64,000 bases of DNA. Source: an uncultured Muribaculaceae bacterium (GTDB lineage Bacteria > Bacteroidota > Bacteroidia > Bacteroidales > Muribaculaceae). The first letter of the stretch is position 1, and each line of letters starts with the position of its first letter. Shown here piece by piece: positions 45,772 through 55,428 of this stretch. Below the pieces are notes generated by a model, which was not told where the DNA came from, searched no databases, and saw only the letters and a program-made list of their open reading frames with translations. The DNA lies in contig CANQRV010000005.1 in NCBI GenBank assembly GCA_947626355.1, positions 7,573-71,572 on the forward strand, in the 5' to 3' direction. A program made the translations under genes and the position numbers.

Positions 45772-48105
45772 TCATATATTCGGTGTAGTCCATATTTTTG
45801 TCTCGGTGCATTTCGCCCTTGTCTTCAGGGTGCCGACAGTGAAGTCGAAGTCGCCTTTCTCGAGCACCCAGTGTCCGTCGTAGCCCACAAAGGCAAGATC
45901 GCTGGCCGGAATCGTGAAAGTCACCTTCCTGCTTTCACCGGGCTTCAGGGAAATCTTGTCGAATCCGCGCAGACGCAGCACGTCGGGTGTGATCGAGGCC
46001 ACGAGGTCGCTGCTGTAGAGCAGCACGGACTCCATACCCTCGCGCTCACCGGTGTTCTTCACCGTCACTGAAACGGCAAGTTCACTGTCCGGTGTGAATT
46101 CACTCTTGTCGACAGTCAGGTCGGAATATTCAAACGTGGTGTAGCTCATGCCGTATCCGAAAGGCCACTGCACGTCGATGTCGGCGTTGTAGTTGTAGGC
46201 TCCGCTCATGGTCTCCACGGTCTCGCAGGGTTTGTGGTCGTAGGTGGCGAGGGCGTTGATCCATTTGGGATAGGTGAACGGAAGTCTGGCGCTGAAGTTG
46301 CGCTCGCCGGAGAGGAGGCTTGCGAGGGCGTCTCCTCCGTAGTTGCCGGGGAGCATCACGTCGACGACAGCCTGGGCGAGGGGCTCTATCTCGCGGATGA
46401 TGCGCGGACGCCCCTCGTTGAGCACGAGCACGATCGGCTTGCCGGTGGCGGCGAGCGCCTTCACGAGTTCGGTCTGATTGGCGGAGAGATGCAGGTCGTT
46501 GGTGTTGCCGGGAGTCTCGCAATATGAGTTCTCTCCCACGCAGGCCACGATCACGTCTGCATCCCTGGCGGCAGCCACGGCGCGGTCGATGCGGAGGTTC
46601 TCCTCGGCCTCCCATTCCGAGCGGCTGTAGTCCATCCCCTGCTCGAACGTCACATTGCCGGCGCCGAACCTGTCTCGCAGAGCCTCGTAGATGGTGTTGT
46701 ATCGCTCGTGGAAACGCTCGTCGTCGCTCCCCTGCCATGTGTATGACCAGCCGCCGTTCAAGGCACGCATGGAATTGGCGTTGGGTCCCGCCACGAGTAT
46801 CTTCACGCCGGGAGCGAGCGGAAGCAGGTTGCCGTCATTCTTGAGGAGGACCTCGCTCTCGGCTGCCAGCTCAAGAGCCTTGCGGGCATGCTCCCCGCTG
46901 CCGAAGAGGGGGTAGTCGGCCGGATTGGTGACGGGATGCTCATAGAGGCCGAGCCTGAGTTTCAGCCTTATTATCCTCCTCACGGCGTCGTCTATGCGCT
47001 CCATGGAGACCTTACCCTCCTCCACGAGCTCCTTGAGCAGCGTGCAGAACTCCATGTCGTAAGGGGTCATCGACATGTCGATGCCGGCGTTGATGGCGAG
47101 CATGATGGCCTCCTTATAGTCGGCGGCGATCCTGTCGCGTTTCCAGAGGTTATGGATGTCGGCCCAGTCGGTCACGATCATGCCGTCCCAGTTGAGGTCG
47201 TCCTTCAGCCACTCGGTGAGCATCTCGCGGTTGGCGTGGAAGGGAAGGCCGTTGTTGATGCCCGAATTCACCATAACCGATAGGGCTCCGGCGCGTATGG
47301 CCATCTTATACGGCTGGAAATATTTCTCGCGCAGGTCTACGGGATTGATTGAAGAGGGGGTGCGGTCTTTGCCGCTCACGGGGTTGCCGTAGGCCATATA
47401 GTGCTTGAGGCATGAGGCCACGTTCCTCGGCCCTACATGATTGGGGTCGGCGCCCTGGTATCCCCTCACCATCTCCACGGCCATCACGCCGTTAAGGTAA
47501 GGGTCTTCGCCGAAGCTTTCCCACATGCGGCTCCATACCGGGTTTCGCCCGAGGTCCATAACGGGATTGTAGACCCAGGGAATCGAGCTTGCCCTCGACT
47601 CGTAGGCGCAGATTTCGGCTCCTTCCCTCACGAGCCGGCGGTTGAATGATGCGGCCATGTTGATCTCCTGCGGGAAGAATGTACCTCCGGCCGTATAAGT
47701 CGCGCCGTGGTTCTGGTCTACGCCGTAGATGTCGGGGATGCCGATATATTCCATCGAGGCGTCCTGGATTCCTTTTATGATCTCATACCATATCTCGGGA
47801 GTCTGCGCGTGCCCCTGGGGAGTGTTGAGGACGGAACCGACACGGTATCTGCCGAACGCGGTCTTGATTTTCCCGGGGTCAAGCCGAGGCGCTCCGTCCG
47901 GCTGGTTGTCGGCGCACACGACGTCGATGGTGACCTCACACATCTGACCGACCTTGTCGTCGAGGCTCATCTTCGAGACGATTTCATTCACTTTGTCCTC
48001 GATATCTTTATCGAACGGTATTGCCGGCGACATTGTGGTGGCGGAGGCGGCGGCCACGCTGGCCATGGACAGAAGCATGGTCAGCCCTGTAAATAGTTTT
48101 CTCAT
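45772..48105 (-). CDS. GH3 beta-glucosidase (BglX-like), secreted
   Basis: [32 protein letters not shown] (nucleophile) and [10 protein letters not shown] motifs. Confidence 0.92.
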   Translation of the reverse strand: MRKLFTGLTMLLSMASVAAASATTMSPAIPFDKDIEDKVNEIVSKMSLDDKVGQMCEVTIDVVCADNQPDGAPRLDPGKIKTAFGRYRVGSVLNTPQGHAQTPEIWYEIIKGIQDASMEYIGIPDIYGVDQNHGATYTAGGTFFPQEINMAASFNRRLVREGAEICAYESRASSIPWVYNPVMDLGRNPVWSRMWESFGEDPYLNGVMAVEMVRGYQGADPNHVGPRNVASCLKHYMAYGNPVSGKDRTPSSINPVDLREKYFQPYKMAIRAGALSVMVNSGINNGLPFHANREMLTEWLKDDLNWDGMIVTDWADIHNLWKRDRIAADYKEAIMLAINAGIDMSMTPYDMEFCTLLKELVEEGKVSMERIDDAVRRIIRLKLRLGLYEHPVTNPADYPLFGSGEHARKALELAAESEVLLKNDGNLLPLAPGVKILVAGPNANSMRALNGGWSYTWQGSDDERFHERYNTIYEALRDRFGAGNVTFEQGMDYSRSEWEAEENLRIDRAVAAARDADVIVACVGENSYCETPGNTNDLHLSANQTELVKALAATGKPIVLVLNEGRPRIIREIEPLAQAVVDVMLPGNYGGDALASLLSGERNFSARLPFTYPKWINALATYDHKPCETVETMSGAYNYNADIDVQWPFGYGMSYTTFEYSDLTVDKSEFTPDSELAVSVTVKNTGEREGMESVLLYSSDLVASITPDVLRLRGFDKISLKPGESRKVTFTIPASDLAFVGYDGHWVLEKGDFDFTVGTLKTRAKCTETKIWTTPNI

Positions 48106-48334
48106 ATATATTATGATTTCGTTTTTGAGATTTCCATGATTCCGATAGTGGATTCAGGTCTTATATGGGTTTTATACAATATATGCAAAATTACAAAATA
48201 TATGTCTTATCGCCCATTAAATGGCAAAAAAGTACGCATGATTGTGAGAATCATACCATCCTTGCATCTAAAGCCGAGGCTTCCTCAAGCATGGCTCGAC
48301 AGATAGGTGAGAGATTTATACGTCTCAATGCAGT

Positions 48335-48353
48335 GATGCACCCCGATGCATCC
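48335..48353 (+). repeat. Second copy of REP-like type A core
   Basis: gatgcaccccgatgcatcc; 18/19 identical to 43356-43374. Confidence 0.7.
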
Positions 48354-48368
48354 GATTCCCCGCATACT

Positions 48369-48398
48369 GGCGCCCGGCAGTCTCGTCTGCCGGGCGCC
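48369..48398. repeat. REP-like palindrome type B
   Basis: ggcgcccggcag-tctcgt-ctgccgggcgcc; core arms identical to those at 52735-52762. Confidence 0.75.
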
Positions 48399-48414
48399 CT
48401 GATTCTTTGCGGAT

Positions 48415-48445
48415 TTCGTATATTCGGAAATAATGCTTACCTTTG
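48415..48445 (+). promoter_or_regulatory. Promoter of the TPR-AraC regulator
   Basis: TTCG 48415-48418, 19-nt spacer, TACCTTTG 48438-48445. Confidence 0.55.
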
Positions 48446-48518
48446 CGGTGGCGGGGGACGGCGGCGACATCGCCGACCCACGCCATCATATGATTCACCG
48501 ATATATGGAACTGCCATC

Positions 48519-50162
48519 ATGACTCTTGATATAATCCGTAACACCCGCATCTGCAATATCACAACCGCCTGCAATATCACACCCCTGTGTATTATATGGC
48601 TCGTCGTCGCCATGCTTCTGGCCGCGCCGCAGGCAGCGGCCGTCACCACAGCTGAAAAGAATACCGACCGCCTGTATCGGCACCTGCTGAACGGCAACCT
48701 TCAGGAGCTGAAGAAAAGGGGCAACGAGCTGATTGTCGAGAATCCCGACAGCAGCGTGATGTATTTCTCGGCAGTGGCCGCACGCTACAACGACAATCTT
48801 CCCGGCTCCGACAAGGACGTCTGCATCGGTGCGCTCAACAATCTCGGCTACGTCTATTTCTATGCCTTCAACAATCCGCTCAAGGCATATGATTATCTGC
48901 TGAGGGCTCTCAGGCTCAGCGAGGAAACCGGCATCAAGATGTCGCTCCCCCACCTCTATCTCAACATAGCCAACGTCTACGCCTCCATGGCAGAAGGCCA
49001 TGAGACAGTGGAATATCTTAAAAAATCCATCCATGCAAGCGCAGACCTTAAAAACAATGATATCCTCGTGATATCGTTTATCGGGCTTCTCAATCAGGTG
49101 TATGTGTCCGAGATATCGGATATATCCCAATGCCGGGATGAAATCGCTATTTTCACCAAAAGCGGCATCGACTCCTCCACGCCACTCTACGACTACGCCT
49201 CCCTGATACTCAAGGGAATCGGATATTCCAGCCGGGGCAGATATACAGAGGCAATCGAAGCTTTCAGGCAGGCCGAAAAGACAATCAATTCACCGCTCAC
49301 CCCGGAGAGGGATTATTTCGTGATCGGGAGCGCTATCGCCAAGGCGCAATTGCTGCAAGGCAATCTGACAGGCGCGATAGGCAATCTAAAGGAAATACTC
49401 GGCAAGACCGACGCTCCGGATATCAGGGGATCGGTATACAACCAACTGGCGGAATCATATCAGAAACTGGGCAACACCGACAGCGCCAACTACTACAGCA
49501 GGCGCTATCTTGAGCTTTCCGACAGCGTTCTCCATAAAGGCCAGCTTGAGACCCTCCGCGGCCTCGACAACCAGTATATGACCGACAGGCTCAACGCCCA
49601 TATCGAGAAGGCGACCCGCGACAGACACACTTACCTGACGGTGATGGCTGTGGGCTCGGCGGTGCTGCTCGTCATCCTGGCCCTCGGTCTCTGGGCATGG
49701 GTGTCGCGCCGGCGCCTGCTGAAGGCCAACAAGCTCCTGTATGAGAAAAGCCGCGAGACCCTCCTCATGTCTGAATCCAAACCGGAAGAGCAACAATCCC
49801 AATCCGATGACAGCGATGAACGGAATCTGGCGGGGAAAATCTCGGAGATATTCTCATCGCGCGATGTCTTCTCGCAGGATTTCACACTCGAGCGTCTCGC
49901 CTTTCTTGTCGGCGCTCCAGTCAGAAAGGTGTCGAGATGCCTCAACGACTCTATGGGCACCAATTTCATCAACGAGGTGCAGAAGAGCCGCATCCGCGAG
50001 GCATGCCGACTCTTCGAGGACGTGGAGACCAGCGGCCACCTCACTATCGAGGCCATCTCGGATATGGTGGGCTTCAAGTCGAGGAGTAATTTCGTGCATG
50101 TCTTCAAGAAGGTCACAGGCCTCACACCCTCGCAGTATCAGAAGATGAGCCGCAGGCGGTAG
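48519..50162 (+). CDS. Membrane-anchored one-component regulator: signal/TM, periplasmic TPR-like region, TM, cytoplasmic AraC HTH
   Basis: TPR helices (ALNNLGYVYFY, YLNIANVY, VYNQLAESY), TM at TVMAVGSAVLLVILALGLWAWV, AraC tail (FTLERLA ... TIEAISDMVGFKSRSNFVHVFKKVTGLTPSQY). Confidence 0.88.
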   Translation: MTLDIIRNTRICNITTACNITPLCIIWLVVAMLLAAPQAAAVTTAEKNTDRLYRHLLNGNLQELKKRGNELIVENPDSSVMYFSAVAARYNDNLPGSDKDVCIGALNNLGYVYFYAFNNPLKAYDYLLRALRLSEETGIKMSLPHLYLNIANVYASMAEGHETVEYLKKSIHASADLKNNDILVISFIGLLNQVYVSEISDISQCRDEIAIFTKSGIDSSTPLYDYASLILKGIGYSSRGRYTEAIEAFRQAEKTINSPLTPERDYFVIGSAIAKAQLLQGNLTGAIGNLKEILGKTDAPDIRGSVYNQLAESYQKLGNTDSANYYSRRYLELSDSVLHKGQLETLRGLDNQYMTDRLNAHIEKATRDRHTYLTVMAVGSAVLLVILALGLWAWVSRRRLLKANKLLYEKSRETLLMSESKPEEQQSQSDDSDERNLAGKISEIFSSRDVFSQDFTLERLAFLVGAPVRKVSRCLNDSMGTNFINEVQKSRIREACRLFEDVETSGHLTIEAISDMVGFKSRSNFVHVFKKVTGLTPSQYQKMSRRR

Positions 50163-50191
50163 GGCTCCCCTTGATCCTATGCAGCGCCGGA

Positions 50192-50266
50192 TGTGCCAAT
50201 CGACGTCCGCGTTGTGCTAATCAGCGTCATTTGTGCCGATTTACGTCTATTGACACAAAACGACGC
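50192..50266 (+). promoter_or_regulatory. Direct-repeat operator array with ~20-bp period (probable AraC binding sites)
   Basis: tgtgccaatcgacgtc 50192-50207; tgtgctaatcagcgtc 50213-50228; tgtgccgatttacgtc 50232-50247; degenerate fourth copy 50251-50266; TACTTTTG -7 box at 50299-50306. Confidence 0.65.
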
Positions 50267-50351
50267 TTATTTTTACACTTGATTCCTATGATTCGCTATA
50301 CTTTTGCCATGTCGAAAATTTGACGCACTAACCTTGAAAACCATATACGAC

Positions 50352-50516
50352 ATGGCAAAACCAACCAGAAAACAGATTGCTTCAGCCGCTCTGGCCATCG
50401 CGATAGTAGGTGGCGGAGGAGTGGCATACGCTGACAACGAATCAAAAATTGTTGCCGGGGATACAGTCTCCGTCTCCGGCGTCGACAATCCACAACCGGG
50501 AGACATGAAACGATAA
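50352..50516 (+). CDS. 54-aa secreted micro-protein (27-aa signal peptide, 27-aa mature peptide)
   Basis: MAKPTRKQIASAALAIAIVGGGGVAYA|DNESK...; directly after the promoter; stop is 1 nt before the next ATG. Confidence 0.55.
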   Translation: MAKPTRKQIASAALAIAIVGGGGVAYADNESKIVAGDTVSVSGVDNPQPGDMKR

Positions 50517-50517
50517 T

Positions 50518-51689
50518 ATGAAAACATCATCTACCCTTATCGGAACAGCGCTCCTGCTCGCAGCGGGCGTGGCGGGCACGACACTGGCCGCCGGGCGCTT
50601 CCAGCTCAAGCCTGTGCAGAAGGAGGCGACGCCGGCAAATGCCGACCGTCCCGAGATTCTATCCAGAAGCGAAGTGACTCCCGAGCCTTTGAAAAGCCCG
50701 GAGAAAGAGCCAAGCGTGACACGCGCCCAGATAGTGCTTGAGGAAGACTTCAACATCATGCCCTCGGCGTGGCAGCTCCCCGTCTGCTCGAGGCAACAAA
50801 CGTGGGCAGCGGCAGCTACACTGCCAACTGGGCCGACGCTCCCAAGGCTCAGAACTATCTCCTGCGCAACTACGACGTGACGAGAATCGGCGCAGACGAG
50901 AACGACTACGCCCTCTTCACCGAGACTTTCTCCGGCTGTACGGGCGGCGCCGACCTCTCCTCGATGGTGCCCGTCAACAATCCACAGGGATATCTCGACG
51001 ACTACACCGACATGCCAGGCTGGACCGGCAGCAACAACTCCGTGGGCCAGAACCTTATCGGCGGCGGCGACTACAGCGGCGGCACTCTCGTCTCCCCTGC
51101 TCTCCCCGTAAATCCGGCGCGCGGCGAATACCAGATCTACATCGAGGCTTACGGCTATGGGGGCGACACATTCTGCATCCTTTTCCTCGAGAGCGGCCTC
51201 TACAGCTACATTCCCGTGCCTGAGGACGGCTACCTCAACGGCTACCTCACAATCCCCGCCGAAAGCGTAAAGGAGGGAGAGCGACTGCAGTTCGCTTCCT
51301 ACAATGGCCTGGCGTTTGCCGTCGGAGCCCTCGACGTGACACAGAAGGTGGAGGCAGGCGACCTCATCCGCACCTTCGCATCGGAAGTGGAAGTGGCTGC
51401 CGGTATCGGCTCCTATACATTCACTGGCCTTGAAGGACAGCTTTACGCCTACCAGCCTGTATCGAAGTTCAAGCTCGAGAAGGAGACCGTCTACTCCGTT
51501 TCCTGCGACTATATGGTGGTCGACATGGCCAACGGAAGCTCCTTCATCACCGACAAGGTGGAAATCGCCGCCGACGCAGTCGAGACCGCACGCTTCAACA
51601 CCTCCGGTGTACGCGTCGACAAAGACTACAAGGGGCTCGTGATCATCACCATGTCCGACGGCTCTGTCCGTAAGGAGATCGTGAAATAA
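50518..51689 (+). pseudogene. T9SS-cargo-like surface protein (carbohydrate/adhesin-like plus FN3-like domains), broken by a frameshifting deletion at ~50760
   Basis: Signal peptide ORF runs to VLEEDFNIM, then frame switches to ALGVAAPRLLEATNV...ANW; C-terminal CTD-like tail GVRVDKDYKGLVIITMSDGSVRKEIVK. Confidence 0.65.
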
Positions 51690-51711
51690 ACCCGGGTAGA
51701 TTTTTTCAAAG

Positions 51712-52625
51712 TTCACCGTCAACGCCTTCGGAAATCCGGAGCAGGAATACGGCTTCGGAAAGGCCCAGACGTATGACGTGGCGGTGCTCCTCCGGAATCC
51801 CGACCTCACCGGCAAGAAAGTGACCGGTCTGCGCGTCAACACCTCCGCAACCACGGCTCCGCTCCCATAGCCTTTATTGATTATGAGTATTCGTTCGGCT
51901 CCCGGAGCGGCTCCGGCACATGGAGTGCGCCGAAACAGATTCCAGGCGGTTTCGGCTATGGAGCAAGGGGAGAGATAGAGCTGCCGGCCGCTCAGACCGC
52001 AGGCGAGGCACCCTTTTCATTCACGGTAACCCACGTCAACGGCAAGCCCAACCAGTCGCTCTCCGACCAGTGCGAGACACAGGCCGAGGCCCTTGACTTC
52101 ATAGCCGTCAACCGCCCCCTCGTGGAGGAATTCACGGGGCTGCATTGCGGATGGTGTCCGCGTGGCTACGTCATGATGGAGCAAGGGAAGCTCTATTACG
52201 GCGACCGATTCGTGGCCCTCTCCTACCATTCCACGGGATATGAGAGCGGCGCCATGACCTGCATCGAGCCTGAGGATTTTCCGATAGGAGTCTCCGGCTA
52301 TCCTGCCGCATGCGTCAACCGAAGCACCCAGATCGATCCGTCGAACGTGATGTCCCGCTGGACCACCATCGCGGCTCAGCCGGCTTCCTGCGATGTCTCT
52401 GTCGACCTCTTCTGGGCCGATGATTCCCACACCACGCTCAAGGCCATATCGAAGGTGCGGTTCCTCCGCGACATCGACGGCTGCCGCTACGTCTGGAGCG
52501 TGGCCCTTCTCGCCGACGGCCTCTCCAATCCGAAATGGGAGCAGAACAACGCCTACGCCGAGGTAGTGGCCCGCGAATACTACAACCTCCAGGGCCTGCG
52601 CGTGGAGCGCCCCGAGAGCGGCATA
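51712..52625 (+). pseudogene. Omp28-related (thioredoxin-like CxxC) T9SS cargo, present as several fused fragments
   Basis: Startless fragment FTVN...YGFGKAQTYDVAV..KVTGLRVN; frame switch at ~51840 to LRNHGSAPI; EEFTGLHCGWCPRG; jump NNAYA|EVVAREYYNLQG at ~52558; CTD cut after ESGI. Confidence 0.7.
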
Positions 52626-52636
52626 CAGCGCCGGTG

Positions 52637-52664
52637 GGGAAACATGCCGGCGGCATGTCCCTAC
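52637..52664 (-). repeat. GTAG-type REP-like palindrome
   Basis: Minus strand reads GTAGGG-ACATGCC-GCC-GGCATGT-TTCCC. Confidence 0.6.
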
Positions 52665-52730
52665 AGGCCAGGAAAGACATTACAGCATGGAAACAATAAT
52701 GACGTTGATTGATTGAACCGATATTAAGTC

Positions 52731-52766
52731 GAGTGCGCCCGGCAGACGGATCTGCCGGGCGCACTC
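52731..52766. repeat. REP-like palindrome type B / probable panB terminator
   Basis: Perfect 16-bp inverted repeat gagtgcgcccggcaga-cgga-tctgccgggcgcactc. Confidence 0.8.
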
Positions 52767-52796
52767 TTCGCTCTTCGCTCTTCACTCTTGACTCTT
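52762..52796. repeat. Heptamer tandem array, about 5 copies of (a/g)ctctt(c/g)
   Basis: cactcttcgctcttcgctcttcactcttgactctt, adjoining the panB stop. Confidence 0.8.
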
Positions 52797-53616
52797 AATA
52801 AGACTCCTTCTCGTTGGGGAAGTCGCCGCTCTTCACGTCGTTGATGTAATGGCCCACCGCCTCCGTCATCACCTCCGCGAGATTGGCGTAGCGGCGCAGG
52901 AAACGGGGCGAGAAACCGTCGTTGAGCCCCAGCATGTCGTGCATCACGAGCACCTGACCGTCGACACCGCCGCCGGCTCCGATGCCGATGATGGGGATGG
53001 TGAGCTCCTCGGCCACACGCTTCGCCAGCGAGGCCGGAATCTTCTCGAGCACGATGGCGAAGCAGCCTATCTCCTCGAGGAGCTTGGCGTCGGCGATCAG
53101 CTTCTCGGCCTCGGCCTCCTCGCGGGCACGCACGTTGTAGGTGCCGAACTTATTGATGCTCTGCGGGGTAAGTCCGAGATGGCCCATCACCGGGATGCCG
53201 GCGCAGAGTATGCGCTCCACCGACTCGCGGATCTCGGCGCCACCCTCCATCTTCACGGCCTCGGCGTGGCTCTCCTTCATGATGCGGATGGCGGAGGCGA
53301 GCGCCTCCTTGCTGTTGCCCTGATAGGAGCCGAAGGGGAGGTCGACCACCACGAGAGCGCGGTTGACGGCCTTCATCACCGATTTGGCATGATATATCAT
53401 CTGGTCGAGCGTGATGGGGAGGGTGGTGAGGTTGCCGGCCATAACATTGGATGCGGAATCGCCCACGAGGAGCACGTCGATGCCAGCCCCGTCGAGGATC
53501 TTGGCCGAAGTGTAGTCGTAGGCGGTGAGCATGGAGATCTTCTCGCCGCGCTGTTTCATCTCCGTGAGCCGCCGGGTGGTGACTTTGCGGGAATTGTCGA
53601 TTGTATTGGTTGACAT
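52795..53616 (-). CDS. panB: 3-methyl-2-oxobutanoate hydroxymethyltransferase
   Basis: [37 protein letters not shown] and GQVLVMHD motifs. Confidence 0.97.
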   Translation of the reverse strand: MSTNTIDNSRKVTTRRLTEMKQRGEKISMLTAYDYTSAKILDGAGIDVLLVGDSASNVMAGNLTTLPITLDQMIYHAKSVMKAVNRALVVVDLPFGSYQGNSKEALASAIRIMKESHAEAVKMEGGAEIRESVERILCAGIPVMGHLGLTPQSINKFGTYNVRAREEAEAEKLIADAKLLEEIGCFAIVLEKIPASLAKRVAEELTIPIIGIGAGGGVDGQVLVMHDMLGLNDGFSPRFLRRYANLAEVMTEAVGHYINDVKSGDFPNEKESY

Positions 53617-53666
53617 TTTGCTTTTTGTTTCGGCCGGCGCCCGGAGGCGGCGGCCCGTTGCCGACG

Positions 53667-53697
53667 CAAAATTACAAAAAACGGATAATATGGCAAA
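53667..53697 (-). promoter_or_regulatory. panB promoter
   Basis: Minus-strand TTTG (53697-53694), 19-nt spacer, TAATTTTG (53674-53667). Confidence 0.75.
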
Positions 53698-53763
53698 AAA
53701 ACAAATTCTTTATCATGATGATATGGAAATCTCATGATTTTAATCTAATTTTGCAGCCTGATT

Positions 53764-55425
53764 ATGGAATGGTTACAGAATATATTTATCGAGCACTCGC
53801 CGGTGCAGGCCGTAGTGGTGCTGTCGGTGATCATCGCCGTGGGTCTCGCCTTAGGGAAGATCCACGTGGCCGGCATCTCGCTCGGCGTCACGTGGGTGTT
53901 TTTCGCGGGCATCCTCGCCGGACACCTCGGCCTCTCGATCGACCCCGCGATGCTCGACTTCGCGGAGAGCTTCGGCCTCGCGCTCTTCGTGTATGAGCTC
54001 GGCCTCAAGGTGGGGCCCGGCTTCTTCAGCTCCTTCCGCCAGGGAGGCGTGAAGCTCAACCTCCTCGGTCTGGCCACCGTCATGCTCGGCACCGGAGTGG
54101 CAATAGGTCTCGCCTATGCATTCAACGTGTCGATGGCCGACATGGTGGGCATCATCAGCGGCGCCACCACCAACACGCCGGCGCTCGGCGCCGCCCAGCA
54201 GGCCCTCTCGCAGCTCGGCATCCCGGCGAGCGGCGCTGCCCTGAGCTGCGCCGTGACCTACCCGCTCGGCGTGGTGGGCGTGATCCTCGCTTTCATAACG
54301 GTGAGGAAATGCTTTGTCAGGAAGTCGGATATCGTCGACGGGTCGCATGAGAACGACGACCACACATTCATCGCCACGTTTCTCGTACACAATCCGGCGG
54401 TCTACGGCCTCAGCGTGAAGCAGGCCGCGGCCCTCACCGCCCCGAAATTCGTGATCTCGCGTCTCTGGCGCAACGGAGAGGTGTCGATACCGACATCCGA
54501 GACCACTCTCGAGAAGAACGACCGGCTGCTCGTGATCACCAACGACAACGACGTGCCGGCGCTCACGGTGCTCTTCGGAGAGCTGGAGAGCCGTGACTGG
54601 AACACCGGCAACATAGACTGGAATAAAATCGACAGCTCGCTGACGTCAAAGCACATAGTGGTGAGCCGGCCTGAGATCAACGGCCGGAAGCTCGGCTCGC
54701 TCCACCTGCGCAATCAATACGGCATCAACATCACCCGCGTGATGCGCAGCGGCGTGAAGCTGCTGGCTACCCCGGGGCTCGTGCTCCAGCTCGGCGACCG
54801 GCTTACGGTGGTGGGAAAGGCGAAACAGATCGAGGCTGTGGAAAAGGTTGTCGGCAACACCGTGACCCGCCTGAAGGACCCCAATCTCGGCGCCATCTTC
54901 ATCGGCCTCGTGCTCGGCCTGCTGTTAGGCTCCGTGCCCGTGATGCTGCCCGGCATCTCGGTGCCGGTGAAGCTCGGCCTCGCGGGAGGTCCGATCATCA
55001 TGGGTATCCTCATCGGGCGCTTCGGCCCGCAGTTCCACCTCGTGACCTACACCACGCGCTCCGCCAACCTCATGCTGCGCGGCATCGGCCTCTCGCTCTT
55101 CCTCGCCTGCCTGGGCCTCGACTCCGGCGCACATTTCGTGGAGACGCTCACCGACGGCGACGGACTGCTATGGATCCTCCTCGGATTCATCGTCACCATA
55201 GTACCGGTGGTGATCATGGCACTCGCGGCCATGCGTATCAACCGCCTCGACTTCGGGAGCGCCTGCGGCATGCTCAGCGGCTCGATGGCCAATCCGATGG
55301 CCCTCGACTACTGCTCGGCGACAATTCCGGGCGACAATCCGGCTGTGGCCTACGCCACGGTCTATCCCCTCTCGATGTTCTCGCGTGTGGTGATCGCCCA
55401 GCTCCTCGTCATCATATTCCTGTGA
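53764..55425 (+). CDS. AspT/YidE/YbjL-family transporter with TrkA-C domains
   Basis: LFVYELGLKVGPGFF, GATTNTPALGAA, YPLGVVGVI, GLAGGPII and AVAYATVYP motifs; TAATTTTG at 53746-53753. Confidence 0.9.
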   Translation: MEWLQNIFIEHSPVQAVVVLSVIIAVGLALGKIHVAGISLGVTWVFFAGILAGHLGLSIDPAMLDFAESFGLALFVYELGLKVGPGFFSSFRQGGVKLNLLGLATVMLGTGVAIGLAYAFNVSMADMVGIISGATTNTPALGAAQQALSQLGIPASGAALSCAVTYPLGVVGVILAFITVRKCFVRKSDIVDGSHENDDHTFIATFLVHNPAVYGLSVKQAAALTAPKFVISRLWRNGEVSIPTSETTLEKNDRLLVITNDNDVPALTVLFGELESRDWNTGNIDWNKIDSSLTSKHIVVSRPEINGRKLGSLHLRNQYGINITRVMRSGVKLLATPGLVLQLGDRLTVVGKAKQIEAVEKVVGNTVTRLKDPNLGAIFIGLVLGLLLGSVPVMLPGISVPVKLGLAGGPIIMGILIGRFGPQFHLVTYTTRSANLMLRGIGLSLFLACLGLDSGAHFVETLTDGDGLLWILLGFIVTIVPVVIMALAAMRINRLDFGSACGMLSGSMANPMALDYCSATIPGDNPAVAYATVYPLSMFSRVVIAQLLVIIFL

Positions 55426-55428
55426 CTT

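Noticed and set aside
48165-48518. N-terminal extension of the AraC regulator
   Set aside because: Spans palindromes and the promoter (48415-48445); the ATG at 48519 fits better
48549-48580. Short direct repeat ctgcaatatcac x2 in the AraC 5' end
   Set aside because: In-frame 18-bp-period duplication in a signal region; no evident significance
50192-50266. Mini CRISPR array
   Set aside because: Repeats are 16 bp and degenerate with 3-5 nt gaps; no spacers or cas genes
43351-52766. Integrated element or prophage at leuS
   Set aside because: No integrase, transposase, att duplication or phage genes; only REP-like palindromes are visible
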